A program made the position numbers and the translations under genes. Shown here piece by piece: positions 47,755-60,850 of a stretch of 64,000 nucleotides of DNA (its first letter is position 1; each line of letters begins with the position of its first letter). The notes under the pieces were generated by a model. The model saw only the letters and a program-made list of their open reading frames with translations, searched no databases and was not told the DNA's origin. This DNA comes from Fistulifera solaris (taxonomy: Eukaryota): assembly GCA_030295235.1 (NCBI GenBank), contig AP026150.1, positions 62,001 through 126,000 on the forward strand, written 5' to 3'.

Positions 47755-49553
47755 TTAAGGATGAAATGTGGCTAGAAGTTGCTGGTTTATCCATCTACTA
47801 ACCACAGTCTAAGTACTATGGCTTCAGCGATCTCCCTCCCTTCCGAGCTAACCTGATTAGTCTGGGCAAAATGCCGTTCTAAGGCCAGTAACAAGAAAAA
47901 ATACAACTTTTTACTTGCTTTATGACATTAGACTGAATTTTTCATTTTAACTTAATTTAATCAAGTCAAAATGCAATTTTGACATTCGGAAAGCTTGTTT
48001 CGTAATCCATTTTCATATTCTAGGAAATAGCTCAATCTGGCTCCTTGCTGAGTACGCTCTAGCTAGTGCAATAAAAAAGAACGAGTCCTGAACCCATGAA
48101 AAGAGGGATATGCAAGATTCTCCTTCTTATAAATACCGAAAATATACACTAAATTACAAGACGAGAAAAAGAGTCTGGCAAGCCTTCATGACAAAGGTTA
48201 GCAAAGTGTCCATTGCAGCTTATAAAGCAAATTGATATCTGTGATGATCACATAAAGATATAATCTCAATGCACTTTGATAAACCCTAAAGCAGCATTGA
48301 CTGACAACTCTCATTTCACGCTTGATCTATCGATAACGCACCGTGTTATACTGGCTCTAGGATGTGCATGTAAAAAGCGAGTCCTGAATCCGTTTTTCAA
48401 GTAGGACTACCATGGACCCTTTTTCTCTGATCTTGATCAAGCGAATTCAAGGATCGGACCAAATGATCATGAACAATCCCTCCCGAATTGACGGAAGTGC
48501 GACAAAGCACAAAAAAACAAAGATCCGTTTTTGGCTTTTTGTACAATTGTTCTTTTACATATCAAATAAAAACGACATCAATCAAGGAACTGGCCAGCAG
48601 TAATCAATGGATTGTTACAACGGCAAACGAGCGCCAATCTTTCATCTCTGCCGTTGTCATAACAGAAAGGGCCCTGAAGAGGAATACTTGCAACAGATGA
48701 ACACATTATGGAAAGGGTTCAGCTGCTTCATAAACCGAAAAAAGCAAGCGCGGACCACATAATGTCGAGGACAATGTCGCCAAAGAACAAGATGACAGCG
48801 ATGACTTCAAAGAAGGAAAAGTCGCCATGTCACCACAACTCTATCGTTCTGTATGCAAATGGCTTGTTGAGTTTGGTTCAAAGAAGACTATTGCTAATCA
48901 AGCCATCAGCTGGTATCCCGTTAAACTCAAGAACAACTCTTTTATTGTGTATTCCCTTTTTCCTCCTTCTGCTTCGAACAGCGTCGCGGCCTTTTTCTCT
49001 TCCAGCCATAATGCTGCAAGAGCATTTGACAACTATACGGTGTTCCTAGTTGATTCAAAATAAGTTTTTGATAATTGAATTAGGAAAATTGTGGCTTTTC
49101 AAAAATATAGCATAATTTTGCTTGGAACTATGAAAGAACGTCAATCGACCAGTCCCGTGAAAAATAAGATTTAATGACTCGCATCATTGAGATTTTCTCG
49201 CTTATATTTTCTCTCTATCATTGACAAAACATGCATCAATTTGAAAAGCACGGCTCTTGTTAAATCTATGAGCGTGCTGGGAGTTTATTTGCATTTGTAT
49301 TACTCATCATAAAAAAAGTCGAGATTATTTTCCATATCTTGCTAATTTACAACAGTTAAAACATGGTTGACGGCCCGTTCGGTTTATTGTAGCAAACATG
49401 ATTTTCTTTATTGAGGGGAATTTTTAAAAAATTTAGATTAAATACAATGGTCTTCAAAGGATACTATCATGTGAGCACGCGTACGGTTCTTGGTCCATTT
49501 TTCATGATTTCTTGGGACATCATTAAATTAAGAATCGGGGTTTGATTGAATGA

Positions 49554-50536
49554 AATGTGGCACGGGAAAGTTCTTGCCAGATAGTGTTGCCCTCGGCCGA
49601 GAACAAGACCGACGGAAGCGATTGACTTGGGTAATTGTAGGTGGCGGGCCAACGGGGTAGAACTCGCTGGAGAGTTGTCTGATTTTGTTCGGGACATAAC
49701 GCGTGATCGAGTTGGTCCGCATCACAGACTGCTTGGTGAAATTCAGATCATTTTGGTTCATGGTGGCGACCGACTGGTGCAGGCGTTTGAGGAGGAGCTG
49801 AGTGCACATGCGTTATCATCGCTCAAAAAGCAAGGTGTTCAAGTTAGATTGAATACTCGTGTCAAAGAAGTTGGGGACGGTTGGATTCGCCTCATCTCTA
49901 AGGACTCCGAAGACGATGAAGAAATTCCAATTGGTCTCTCCGTGGGCTGCAGGAATTGCACCCGTTCCTTTTATTGAAACGCTGCTATCCAAATTACCAC
50001 CTGAGGCTAGAGGAGTGAATGGTCGTGTTAGTGTGGATAAGTGGTTGCGCTGTCCAACTTATTCACCTGAGACTTTTGGAAGTGTACTAGTTGTGGGAGA
50101 TGCAGCAGCCTTCACTCGTGAGCGACGACGGATCTGATCTTTTGCCACAGACCGCTCAAGTGGCTGGTCAGCAGGGAGCTGCATCGTAGCGAATGCTAGA
50201 CAGGGGATATGATCTATCGCTTACACCTCCGGGAATTCCTTCTCACCACAAGCACGAGGGTTTTGGTGGATGCATGGCTCCGCGTCCGTGGCTTGCAACA
50301 AGCATCTGGTTTTTCATTCCTCAACTTGGGTTTGTTGGCATACCTTGGCCAAGGGCAAGCTCTAAGTCAGGTCCAGCTAGGAGACCTACCTCTTTTTAGC
50401 TACGCAGGTAGCGTTTTCTTTTGTCTTGTGGAGATCAGTCTATCTGGTTAAGCAAGTTGCTACACGAAATCGAGTTTTAGTCTTGTTCGACTGGTTCAAA
50501 TGCAAAATTTTCGGAAGAGATATCACAAGGTTCTAG
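49554..50536 (+). pseudogene. 5'-truncated NDH-2 copy 2
   Basis: Duplicate of 46768-47754. Lacks the presequence and FAD-binding N-terminus. Confidence 0.85.
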
Positions 50537-52338
50537 TTAAGGATGAAATGTGGCTAGAAGTTGCTGGTTTATCCATCTACTAACCACAGTCTAAGTACTA
50601 TGGCTTCGCGATCTCCGCCTCCCTTCCGAGCTAACCTGATTAGTCTGGGCAAAATGCCGTTCTAAGGCCAGTAACAAGAAAAAATACAACTTTTTACTTG
50701 CTTTATGACATTAGACTGAATTTTTCATTTTAACTTAATTTAATCAAGTCAAAATGCAATTTTGACATTCGGAAAGCTTGTTTCGTAATCCATTTTCATA
50801 TTCTAGGAAATAGCTCAATCTGGCTCCTTGCTGAGTACGCTCTAGCTAGTGCAATAAAAAAGAACGAGTCCTGAACCCATGAAAAGAGGGATATGCAAGA
50901 TTCTCCTTCTTATAAATACCGAAAATATACACTAAATTACAAGACGAGAAAAAGAGTCTGGCAAGCCTTCATGACAAAGGTTAGCAAAGTGTCCATTGCA
51001 GCTTATAAAGCAAATTGATATCTGTGATGATCACATAAAGATATAATCTCAATGCACTTTGATAAACCCTAAAGCAGCATTGACTGACAACTCTCATTTC
51101 ACGCTTGATCTATCGATAACGCACCGTGTTATACTGGCTCTAGGATGTGCATGTAAAAAGCGAGTCCTGAATCCGTTTTTCAAGTAGGACTACCATGGAC
51201 CCTTTTTCTCTGATCTTGATCAAGCGAATTCAAGGATCGGACCAAATGATCATGAACAATCCCTCCCGAATTGACGGGAAGTGCGACAAAGCACAAAAAA
51301 ACAAAGATCCGTTTTTTGGCTTTTGTACAATTGTTCTTTTACATATCAAATAAAAACGACATCAATCAAGGAACTGGCCAGCAGTAATCAATGGATTGTT
51401 ACAACGGCAAACGAAAGCCAATCTTTCATCTCTGCCGTTGTCATAACAGAAAGGGCCCTGAAGAGGAATACTTGCAACAGATGAACACATTATGGAAAGG
51501 GTTCAGCTGCTTCATAAACTCGAAAAAGCAAGCGCGGACCACATAATGTCGAGGACAATGTCGCCAAAGAACAAGATGACAGCGATGACTTCAAAGAAGG
51601 AAAAGTCGCCATGTCACCACAACTCTATCGTTCTGTATGCAAATGGCTTGTTGAGTTTGGTTCAAAGAAGACTATTGCTAATCAAGCCATCAGCTGGTAT
51701 CCCGTTAAACTCAAGAACAACTCTTTTATTGTGTATTCCCTTTTTCCTCCTTCTGCTTCGAACAGCGTCGCGGCCTTTTTTCTCTTCCAGCCATAATGCT
51801 GCAAGAGCATTTGACAACTATACGGTGTTCCTAGTTGATTCAAAATAAGTTTTTGATAATTGAATTAGGAAAATTGTGGCTTTTCAAAAATATAGCATAA
51901 TTTTGCTTGGAACTATGAAAGAACGTCAATCGACCAGTCCCGTGAAAAATAAGATTTAATGACTCGCATCATTGAGATTTTCTCGCTTATATTTTCTCTC
52001 TATCATTGACAAAACATGCATCAATTTGAAAAGCACGGCTCTTGTTAAATCTATGAGCGTGCTGGGAGTTTATTTGCATTTGTATTACTCATCATAAAAA
52101 AAGTCGAGATTATTTTCCATATCTTGCTAATTTACAACAGTTAAAACATGGTTGACGGCCCGTTCGGTTTATTGTAGCAAACATGATTTTCTTTATTGAG
52201 GGGAATTTTTAAAAAATTTAGATTAAATACAATGGTCTTCAAAGGATACTATCATGTGAGCACGCGTACGGTTCTTGGTCCATTTTTCATGATTTCTTGG
52301 GACATCATTAAATTAAGAATCGGGGTTTGATTGAATGA

Positions 52339-53322
52339 AATGTGGCACGGGAAAGTTCTTGCCAGATAGTGTTGCCCTCGCCCGAGAACAAGACCGACGG
52401 AAGCGATTGACTTGGGTAATTGTAGGTGGCGGGCCAACGGGGGTAGAACTCGCTGGAGAGTTGTCTGATTTTGTTCGGGACATAACGCGTGATCGAGTTG
52501 GTCCGTATCACAGACTGCTTGGTGAAATTCAGATCATTTTGGTTCATGGTGGCGACCGACTGGTGCAGGCGTTTGAGGAGGAGCTGAGTGCACATGCGTT
52601 ATCATCGCTCAAAAAGCAAGGTGTTCAAGTTAGATTGAATACTCGTGTCAAAGAAGTTGGGGACGGTTGGATTCGCCTCATCTCTAAGGACTCCGAAGAC
52701 GATGAAGAAATTCCAATTGGTCTCTCCGTGTGGGCTGCAGGAATTGCACCCGTTCCTTTTATTGAAACGCTGCTATCCAAATTACCACCTGAGGCTAGAG
52801 GAGTGAATGGTCGTGTTAGTGTGGATAAGTGGTTGCGCTGTCCAACTTATTCACCTGAGACTTTTGGAAGTGTACTAGTTGTGGGAGATGCAGCAGCCTT
52901 CACTCGTAGCGACGACGGATCTGATCTTTTGCCACAGACCGCTCAAGTGGCTGGTCAGCAGGGAGCGTACGTAGCGAATGCTAGACAGGGGATATGATCT
53001 ATCGCTTACACCTCCGGGAATTCCTTCTCACCACAAGCACGAGGGTTTTGGTGGATGCATGGCTCCGTGCCCGTGGCTTGCAACAAGCATCTGGTTTTTC
53101 ATTCCTCAACTTGGGTTTGTTGGCATACCTTGGCCAAGGGCAAGCTCTAAGTCAGGTCCAGCTAGGAGACCTACCTCTTTTTAGCTACGCAGGTAGCGTT
53201 TTCTTTTGTCTTGTGGAGATCAGTCTATCTGGTTAAGCAAGTTGCTACACGAAATCGAAGTTTTAGTCTTGTTCGACTGGTTCAAATGCAAAATTTTCGG
53301 AAGAGATATCACAAGGTTCTAG
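52339..53322 (+). pseudogene. 5'-truncated NDH-2 copy 3
   Basis: ORF 52335-52997 MKCGTGKFLP...[12 protein letters not shown]. Confidence 0.85.
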
Positions 53323-54176
53323 TTAAGGATGAAATGTGGCTAGAAGTTGCTGGTTTATCCATCTACTAACCACAGTCTAAGTACTATGGCTTCGCGATCT
53401 CCCGCCTCCCTTCCGAGCTAACCTGATTAGTCTGGGCAAAATGCCGCTCCTAAGGCCAGTAACAAGAAAAAATACAACTTTTTACTTGCTTTATGACATT
53501 AGACTGAATTTTTCATTTTAACTTAATTTAATCAAGTCAAAATGCAATTTTGACATTCGGAAAGCTTGTTTCGTAATCCATTTTCATATTCTAGGAAATA
53601 GCTCAATCTGGCTCCTTGCTGAGTACGCTCTAGCTAGTGCAATAAAAAAGAACGAGTCCTGAACCCATGAAAAGAGGGATATGCAAGATTCTCCTTCTTA
53701 TAAATACCGAAAATATACACTAAATTACAAGACGAGAAAAAGAGTCTGGCAAGCCTTCATGACAAAGGTTAGCAAAGTGTCCATTGCAGCTTATAAAGCA
53801 AATTGATATCTGTGATGATCACATAAAGATATAATCTCAATGCACTTTGATAAACCCTAAAGCAGCATTGACTGACAACTCTCATTTACGCTTGATCTAT
53901 CGATAACGCACCGTGTTATACTGGCTCTAGGATGTGCATGTAAAAAGCGAGTCCTGAATCCGTTTTTCAAGTAGGACTACCATGGACCCTTTTTCTCTGA
54001 TCTTGATCAAGCGAATTCAAGGATCGGACCAAATGATCATGAACAATCCCTCCCGAATTGACGGAAGTGCGACAAAGCACAAAAAAACAAAGATCCGTTT
54101 TTTGGCTTTTGTACAATTGTTCTTTTACATATCAAATAAAAACGACATCAATCAAGGAACTGGCCAGCAGTAATCA

Positions 54177-54480
54177 ATGGATTGTTACAACGGCAAACGA
54201 GCGCCAATCTTTCATCTCTGCCGTTGTCATAACGGAAAGGGCCCTGAAGAGGAATACTTGCAACAGATGAACACATTATGGAAAGGGTTCAGCTGCTTCA
54301 TAAACCGAAAAAGCAAGCGCGGACCACATAATGTCGAGGACAATGTCGCCAAAGAACAAGATGACAGCGATGACTTCAAAGAAGGAAAAGTCGCCATGTC
54401 ACCACAACTCTATCGTTCTGTATGCAAATGGCTTGTTGAGTTTGGTTCAAAGAAGACTATTGCTAATCAAGCCATCAGCT
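54177..54480 (+). mobile_element. Crypton-like (tyrosine-recombinase element) ORF relic; also at about 48607-48910 and 51390-51700
   Basis: YNGKRAPIFHLCRCHNGKG...LWKGF...FKEGKVAMSPQLYRSVCKWLVEFG resembles the N-terminal part of stramenopile Crypton-type recombinase ORFs (EGK.PMS..LY..C.W). No catalytic domain seen. AT-rich context. Confidence 0.5.
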
Positions 54481-55123
54481 GGTATCCCGTTAAACTCAAG
54501 AACAACTCTTTTATTGTGTATTCCCTTTTTCCTCCTTCTGCTTCGAACAGCGTCGCGGCCTTTTTTCTCTTCCAGCCATAATGCTGCAAGAGCATTTGAC
54601 AACTATACGGTGTTCCTAGTTGATTCAAAATAAGTTTTTGATAATTGAATTAGGAAAATTGTGGCTTTTCAAAAATATAGCATAATTTTGCTTGGAACTA
54701 TGAAAGAACGTCAATCGACCAGTCCCGTGAAAAATAAGATTTAATGACTCGCATCATTGAGATTTTCTCGCTTATATTTTCTCTCTATCATTGACAAAAC
54801 ATGCATCAATTTGAAAAGCACGGCTCTTGTTAAATCTATGAGCGTGCTGGGAGTTTATTTGCATTTGTATTACTCATCATAAAAAAAGTCGAGATTATTT
54901 TCCATATCTTGCTAATTTACAACAGTTAAAACATGGTTGACGGCCCGTTCGGTTTATTGTAGCAAACATGATTTTCTTTATTGAGGGGAATTTTTAAAAA
55001 ATTTAGATTAAATACAATGGTCTTCAAAGGATACTATCATGTGAGCACGCGTACGGTTCTTGGTCCATTTTTCATGATTTCTTGGGACATCATTAAATTA
55101 AGAATCGGGGTTTGATTGAATGA

Positions 55124-55820
55124 AATGTGGCACGGGAAAGTTCTTGCCAGATAGTGTTGCCCTCGCCCGAGAACAAGACCGACGGAAGCGATTGACTTGG
55201 GTAATTGTAGGTGGCGGGCCAACGGGGGTAGAACTCGCTGGAGAGTTGTCTGATTTTGTTCGGGACATAACGCGTGATCGAGTTGGTCCGTATCACAGAC
55301 TGCTTGGTGAAATTCAGATCATTTTGGTTCATGGTGGCGACCGACTGGTGCAGGCGTTTGAGGAGGAGCTGAGTGCACATGCGTTATCATCGCTCAAAAA
55401 AGCAAGGTGTTCAAGTTAGATTGAATACTCGTGTCAAAGAAGTTGGGGACGGTTGGATTCGCCTCATCTCTAAGGACTCCGAAGACGATGAAGAAATTCC
55501 AATTGGTCTCTCCGTGTGGGCTGCAGGAATTGCACCCGTTCCTTTTATTGAAACGCTGCTATCCAAATTACCACCTGAGGCTAGAGGAGTGAATGGTCGT
55601 GTTAGTGTGGATAAGTGGTTGCGAAGAAATTCCAATTGGTCTCTCCGTGTGGGCTGCAGGAATTGCACCCGTTCCTTTTATTGAAACGCTGCTATCCAAA
55701 TTACCACCTGAGGCTAGAGGAGTGAATGGTCGTGTTAGTGTGGATAAGTGGTTGCGCTGTCCAACTTATTCACCTGAGACTTTTGGAAGTGTACTAGTTG
55801 TGGGAGATGCAGCAGCCTTC
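55124..55820 (+). pseudogene. Doubly truncated NDH-2 copy 4
   Basis: Ends at GDAAAF. Contains the internal duplication. Confidence 0.85.
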
Positions 55821-56527
55821 GGGGTTTGATTGAATGAAATGCTTTCTTATCATCGGAACACCTGTACGGTCTCTGGTTGTTTTATCATGGCTTCTTGGAA
55901 TCCGAGAATAGAAGGATCACTGCGGGAATATTGAGGTTGTTTTTGTATGTCGCCTATTTTCATAGCTGTACAACACTGGTAAACTTATTTGTTATAAATG
56001 GTTTTCAATTTTGTTGCTTTTTGATTTTCCTTGTTTTTTTGTTTTGCAGTAGATGTATTAGAAATGATTTAGCTGTGAAATGCAAGGTAAGACGTCCTGT
56101 AGGGATTTTTGCGGACTATGTTGTTTTTGTCTTTTTACTTAAATTGCAAGCGTCATCATAAAACAACTGGGCATGCTAGGCAAGGCTGTTCAGAAAAGTA
56201 GATAATTACGAATAGGGCTTGATTCCCGCTTCTTCCAGGGCCGGTCTACTCCCGTCCGAACGCCGCACGGATTTTTTCTTCACAGCGCTACTTAAACCTT
56301 CAACAATGTATTGAATAAACTTACTTAAATTAAATTCGCTATTGATTCTGTAAAGATCGCCGTTTTATAAGTATTTTTTATAAATATTCTGTTTGCTCAA
56401 TTGCTTCCAATAGTGGCTCACGACTCTTTTGTTAGGTCTTAAGTGTTGGCTTACCTTGGAGCTTTAACTGGGTATAATTAGTTAGCCCTAGCCTTAGTAA
56501 TGAAATACCAGGTAATAGTTTGGTCAG

Positions 56528-56741
56528 AGCGATAATAAACGAGATTCTCAAGCGAATATCACAACAATATCCGCAAACAACGATACAACTTCGAATAACA
56601 AAGTCAATCCTAACACATTAAAGATTATCTACGATTGGTGTTGCATCGCAACAAGTCATTGCAATGACGTCGCACTTTTCTACTAACTCGTGTATCAGTC
56701 AGTCACGTATACTTGAACGAGATTGCCCATTCATCTTCACT
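56528..56741 (-). repeat. 3' LTR (214 bp)
   Basis: Matches 60851-61064 except for two substitutions seen. Preceded on the minus strand by PPT GAGAGGGAG (56742-56750). Confidence 0.95.
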
Positions 56742-56835
56742 CTCCCTCTCAATCGAAGTTCATTCTCTCACAAATTCCTAAAATCCTAAGTTCTCTAAAC
56801 ATGTAATCTCTCTCTTGATATGTCATAGGATCGAA

Positions 56836-59800
56836 TCACCAACCCATCAACATCTTTCGTTTCGCTTGAAATTCCACCTTTGATAACCCTTTAGTGAAAA
56901 TATCAGCCTTTTGAAGTTTCGTATCAATGCGCTTTGCCTCAATCTCTCCTTCACGTAAATGCTCAATAAACCACCAGTACTTGCAAGCAATATGCTTCGT
57001 TCTTGGTGTCATCTTTGGATACTCATTGTTCATCATAATCAATGCTCCATTGTTGTCCTCCCATACGGTAGAAACTGTAGAAGCAGAATCTCTGTCAATC
57101 CCGAAATGAATAGTAAGCTCTTCCATCACCTCTCTGATAGGCAATAGCTGTCTCATCGCAACCGATGCTGCAATAAACTCTGCTTCTGTAGTAGAAAGCG
57201 AAATTTCCGTCTGTAACTTTGAACCCCACAACACAGGAACGTCACCAAGTGTGATGACATATCCCGTTCTACTCTTCACACATACCGGATCATTAGCATC
57301 TTCCGAATTCCACAATCCAGCAAAATCAGCATCCACAAACAAATCCAATTTCAGATCATTCGTTGGACGTATAATCATTCCTCTCGTTCTCGTAGCCTTT
57401 AAATATCGACCGATCGTCTTCAACGCCTTCTCGTACTCGCTTTCGGACAATGAGTGAATCGCGCGCATTGATGAACAGCAAATGCAATGTCGGGTCTCGA
57501 ATTTGACGCTAAATACATCATCATTCCAACAACACTCGCATACGACCAAGCTTCGACGCAATCTTCACCATTCTCATCCTTTCCAAGTGTAGTCGGGCTC
57601 GCGGGAATCTGATTTTCTCTACTATCCTGCAATCCCATCGTCGCAACAATTCGATCAATAAGCCCAGTTTGCGACAACTCCAGAGTTCCGTCTTCTTTTC
57701 GCTCAATCAATATACCAAGAAATCCAGCAACGCTCTCATCTTCGACCTTAAGCTGAAATCTCTGATATTTCTCATTGTGACATAGATCATGAATGACCAC
57801 ATCGATATCAGACAAATCGCGTGCAAAGAACAAGCAATCGTCCACATAAGTCAAGCACACAACCTTATCAGAAAGAAACAAGCACGGCTCATTCTTCCGA
57901 CTGACGAAATCCTCTGTCTTCCAATCCTTTCTTCAATGTCTTAAAGAAATTCAGTGGGCTTTGGGCGTAATCCATAAACACTCTTCTTCAACTTGAAAAT
58001 ATACCCTGGTCTATCGTGAACGCTTTGGCATCTCACAATAAACCTCTTCGTCAAGATCGGCTTGAACAAAGGCTAACGTATAATCAACCTGTCGTGGTCG
58101 CCAATCCCAAAACTATCGACATAATCAACAACAGACGCACTGTACTCCACGAAACTACCGGTGCATACGTTTCAAAGAAATCAACTCCTTCAATCTGTCG
58201 GTCTCCTCGAATACACCAGTACGCTTTGTACTTCTTCACCGTTCCATCGGGATATCTTTTGCATTTGAATGCCCAGGTACTCGGCAATATATTCGCTCCC
58301 TTTTCTATCGCCCGACCTCGGTACTTCATCCCACGGATCTAATGCTTTCAACGAATAATACTCTTCGTCCATTGCTTTCTCATAACCAATTGCATCCCGG
58401 ACCATTCATCGGCTTGATAATAGTTTGGTGTATCCTCATTGTTCGCCTTCGCAGCAAAAGCAAACGGATGCAAGTCCTCAATCAAGTTGTCATCGTCGCT
58501 GTGTTTGCATCATCGAAACATATGCCCAATAATTTCCAACAGCCAACGGTTCCTCATCAAAATCCAATGTCGACAAGAACGCGTCATTCGAAGTCAGCAC
58601 TCCAAATTCAGCTTCAATCTCATTCAACAGTCTCTCTTCTTCGCTCAAACCAAACTCAGATTTGACAAAGTTTGCATCATCTTCGTCTTCGGGACCATAG
58701 TAACGATCTCCTTTCACCGGCTTATTCGCATAATCGGGACCGTAAAACTTTCGATTCCAATGACGATTTCTTCCACTTCTCCTTGGTGGTTGGGGTTCCT
58801 CATCTTCATCCACTATGTCATCATCTCCCTCTGGAAACAATAACGGTACGTCTACTTCCACTTCATTCAAATCATTCTCCACAGCTTGTACATTTCTCAC
58901 AGGGCGGGACCAGACTCCCGACTCTGTGCTCGTCGCTTAAGAAACTCTTCTCTCTTCAACTTTTCTTGATCGGTAAGCCAATCTTTGTGCAACAGAGGCG
59001 GTTCATCATCCAGATCCACTTTGTCTCTGCTAAATGTCAACAACTCTTCCCAATTTTTAGGCTCAGGCTCGTCGGCATTTGGATTCTGTACCAACGGAAT
59101 TGTCGTAAACCTTTCATCATACACCACATGAAATTGTGATGATACTGCACCAGTCCGCAAGTTCCTTATCAAACCAATCGTACTCGCGTGGCTGCCGACA
59201 TACCCAAAAACTGTCCTCTTCGGCTTTTCGGGTTGCCAACGAGGTAACTTCTTTCCGTCCTGAACTTTCGCATCCAAAACGTAACACGGACATCCAAAGA
59301 CTCTCATTTTCTGCAAAACATCCATGTTCATTGTAACTCCTGAAAATAACTCAATGGGTGCCAAACCAGTGTCCTTTTTCAGAAGTCGATTCCAAAGATA
59401 GACTGCATAGTCCACTGCAAATGGCCACAAATCAATACTTGTCTCAGCTGGCCAGTGAATCATTGCATGTAATAGCATTGTTCTTGCACTCTCGGTAATC
59501 GTCAGACGCGTTCTCTGCAATACCATTTTGATGATGCGCTCCAACGCCAGAAAACTCGACACTCTGCCCTTTCAGCTCTAAATCTCTCATGAATTCTCGC
59601 GACTTGTAAACTCCTTGATCGGTACGGTATCCCTGAATTTCAACACCATACGATCTCGCTTCCTGCTCAAATGCATGCTTCGCTCTGAGCTGCCTCTGCA
59701 GCCGTCGTTGTAATTTGATTTCGGCACAAACATGTAACTCGTTGCTGTATCAACGAATATAGTTCCATAGCCATATTTCTCATTCTCTTGCTCTTTTCCA

Positions 59801-60480
59801 CGAAGTCTCCAATCGTCGACCACGTTCAGTTGAAGTAAACTGATCAGATGAAACGACTTGGCCTGGCTGTAGGATGCCGGCCTTCAACACGCCGTCTCGA
59901 CTCGGAATTTTCGACTGCTTTTCGGTCTCAATTGCACGTCTTTTCGCTTTTCCGTATTGACATGCAGCACAAATCGGCGGCTCGCACGAGGACGTCTTTT
60001 CATATCAGCGTAGGAATAATTGGTACCGATGCCTTATCCCCCTCTCGAACTCAGCGTGAGTCGCTGAATCCACTGAAAGTTAAAATGCCCCAAACGATCA
60101 TGAATCAACTTCAATTCACGTTGCGCGGGCGTCAGGTTCAAATTCTCTTCCAAAGTAACTTGAATAGAGCTAGGAGCCACAGCAAATGCTTGATCGACCA
60201 TCGAAGCATCACACGTTGTTGGACGTGCAATAGGAAGACGATCTTTGGTAGCGTAAAACGTAAGCTTGGACTTCGTAAATGGAAACCGGAAAACACATCC
60301 ATGTTCATTGACCATGAATGATCCATTGCCCCCTCTGGCTTCAACCTGGAAATGAACTTGAGGGCTGAACAATCGTACCTGCGCCGAAGGAACATACAGC
60401 TCGATGACGGATCTCTTGAACTTGTCCATTATCATCACGAATTTGCCACCTAACAAAGCCCCATCCTTTCACTTTCTTTG
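56836..60480 (-). pseudogene. Copia pol (INT-RT-RNaseH), fragmented
   Basis: ORF pieces 60034-60456, 58897-59562, 58084-58329, 57420-57881 and 56836-57561 carry canonical Copia motifs. Confidence 0.92.
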
Positions 60481-60836
60481 GGAACGGAATATTCCCTTCT
60501 AACTGCTCAGCGACGCTTAGAACTGTCGCCGGAGGCGCTTCTCCATCCAAATGATTGCTCAAATAATCAAACTGATCGGCCATGTTGTCAGTTCCAGTCG
60601 GTTCGGTCAACAGTTCCAACTGTTCAGGTTCCAATTCGCTCGATTCGTTTACGTCTTCAAAAGACGACAATTCGCGCTCTTCAAAGACTTCTTCCTTTTC
60701 CTCTTTACCCACTTCTTCTCTCAAAGCAGGTATTTCCTCTTGTTGCCGAGCTCGTGGTGGGTCAGCACTTCTTGTTCGGCCGTGTTGGCATTCAATATCT
60801 CGTCTATCAAAACAGATCCAGCAATCGCGCGTGAAT

Positions 60837-60850
60837 CTGGGCTCATAACC
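60837..60850 (-). promoter_or_regulatory. Primer-binding site complementary to the anticodon-arm half of tRNA-iMet
   Basis: GGTTATGAGCCCAG directly abuts the 5' LTR. Its complement CTGGGCTCATAACC is a CAT anticodon stem-loop sequence. Confidence 0.85.

Larger units (their letters stand above)
46768..55841 (+). repeat. Tandem segmental array: three full ~2785-bp units plus one rearranged partial unit
   Basis: Unit starts (AATG-TGGCAC) at 46768, 49554, 52339 and 55124. Near-identical copies. The fourth has a 133-bp internal duplication (about 55491-55756) and a deletion at about 55820. Confidence 0.97.

Noticed and set aside
46768..55841. CRISPR-like array or LTR element
   Set aside because: Units are 2.8 kb and identical throughout with no unique spacers, TSD, PBS or PPT. 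It is a segmental tandem duplication.
56183..56242. tRNA/SINE-like sequence (TTGATTCCC B-box-like)
   Set aside because: No cloverleaf or A box could be formed.
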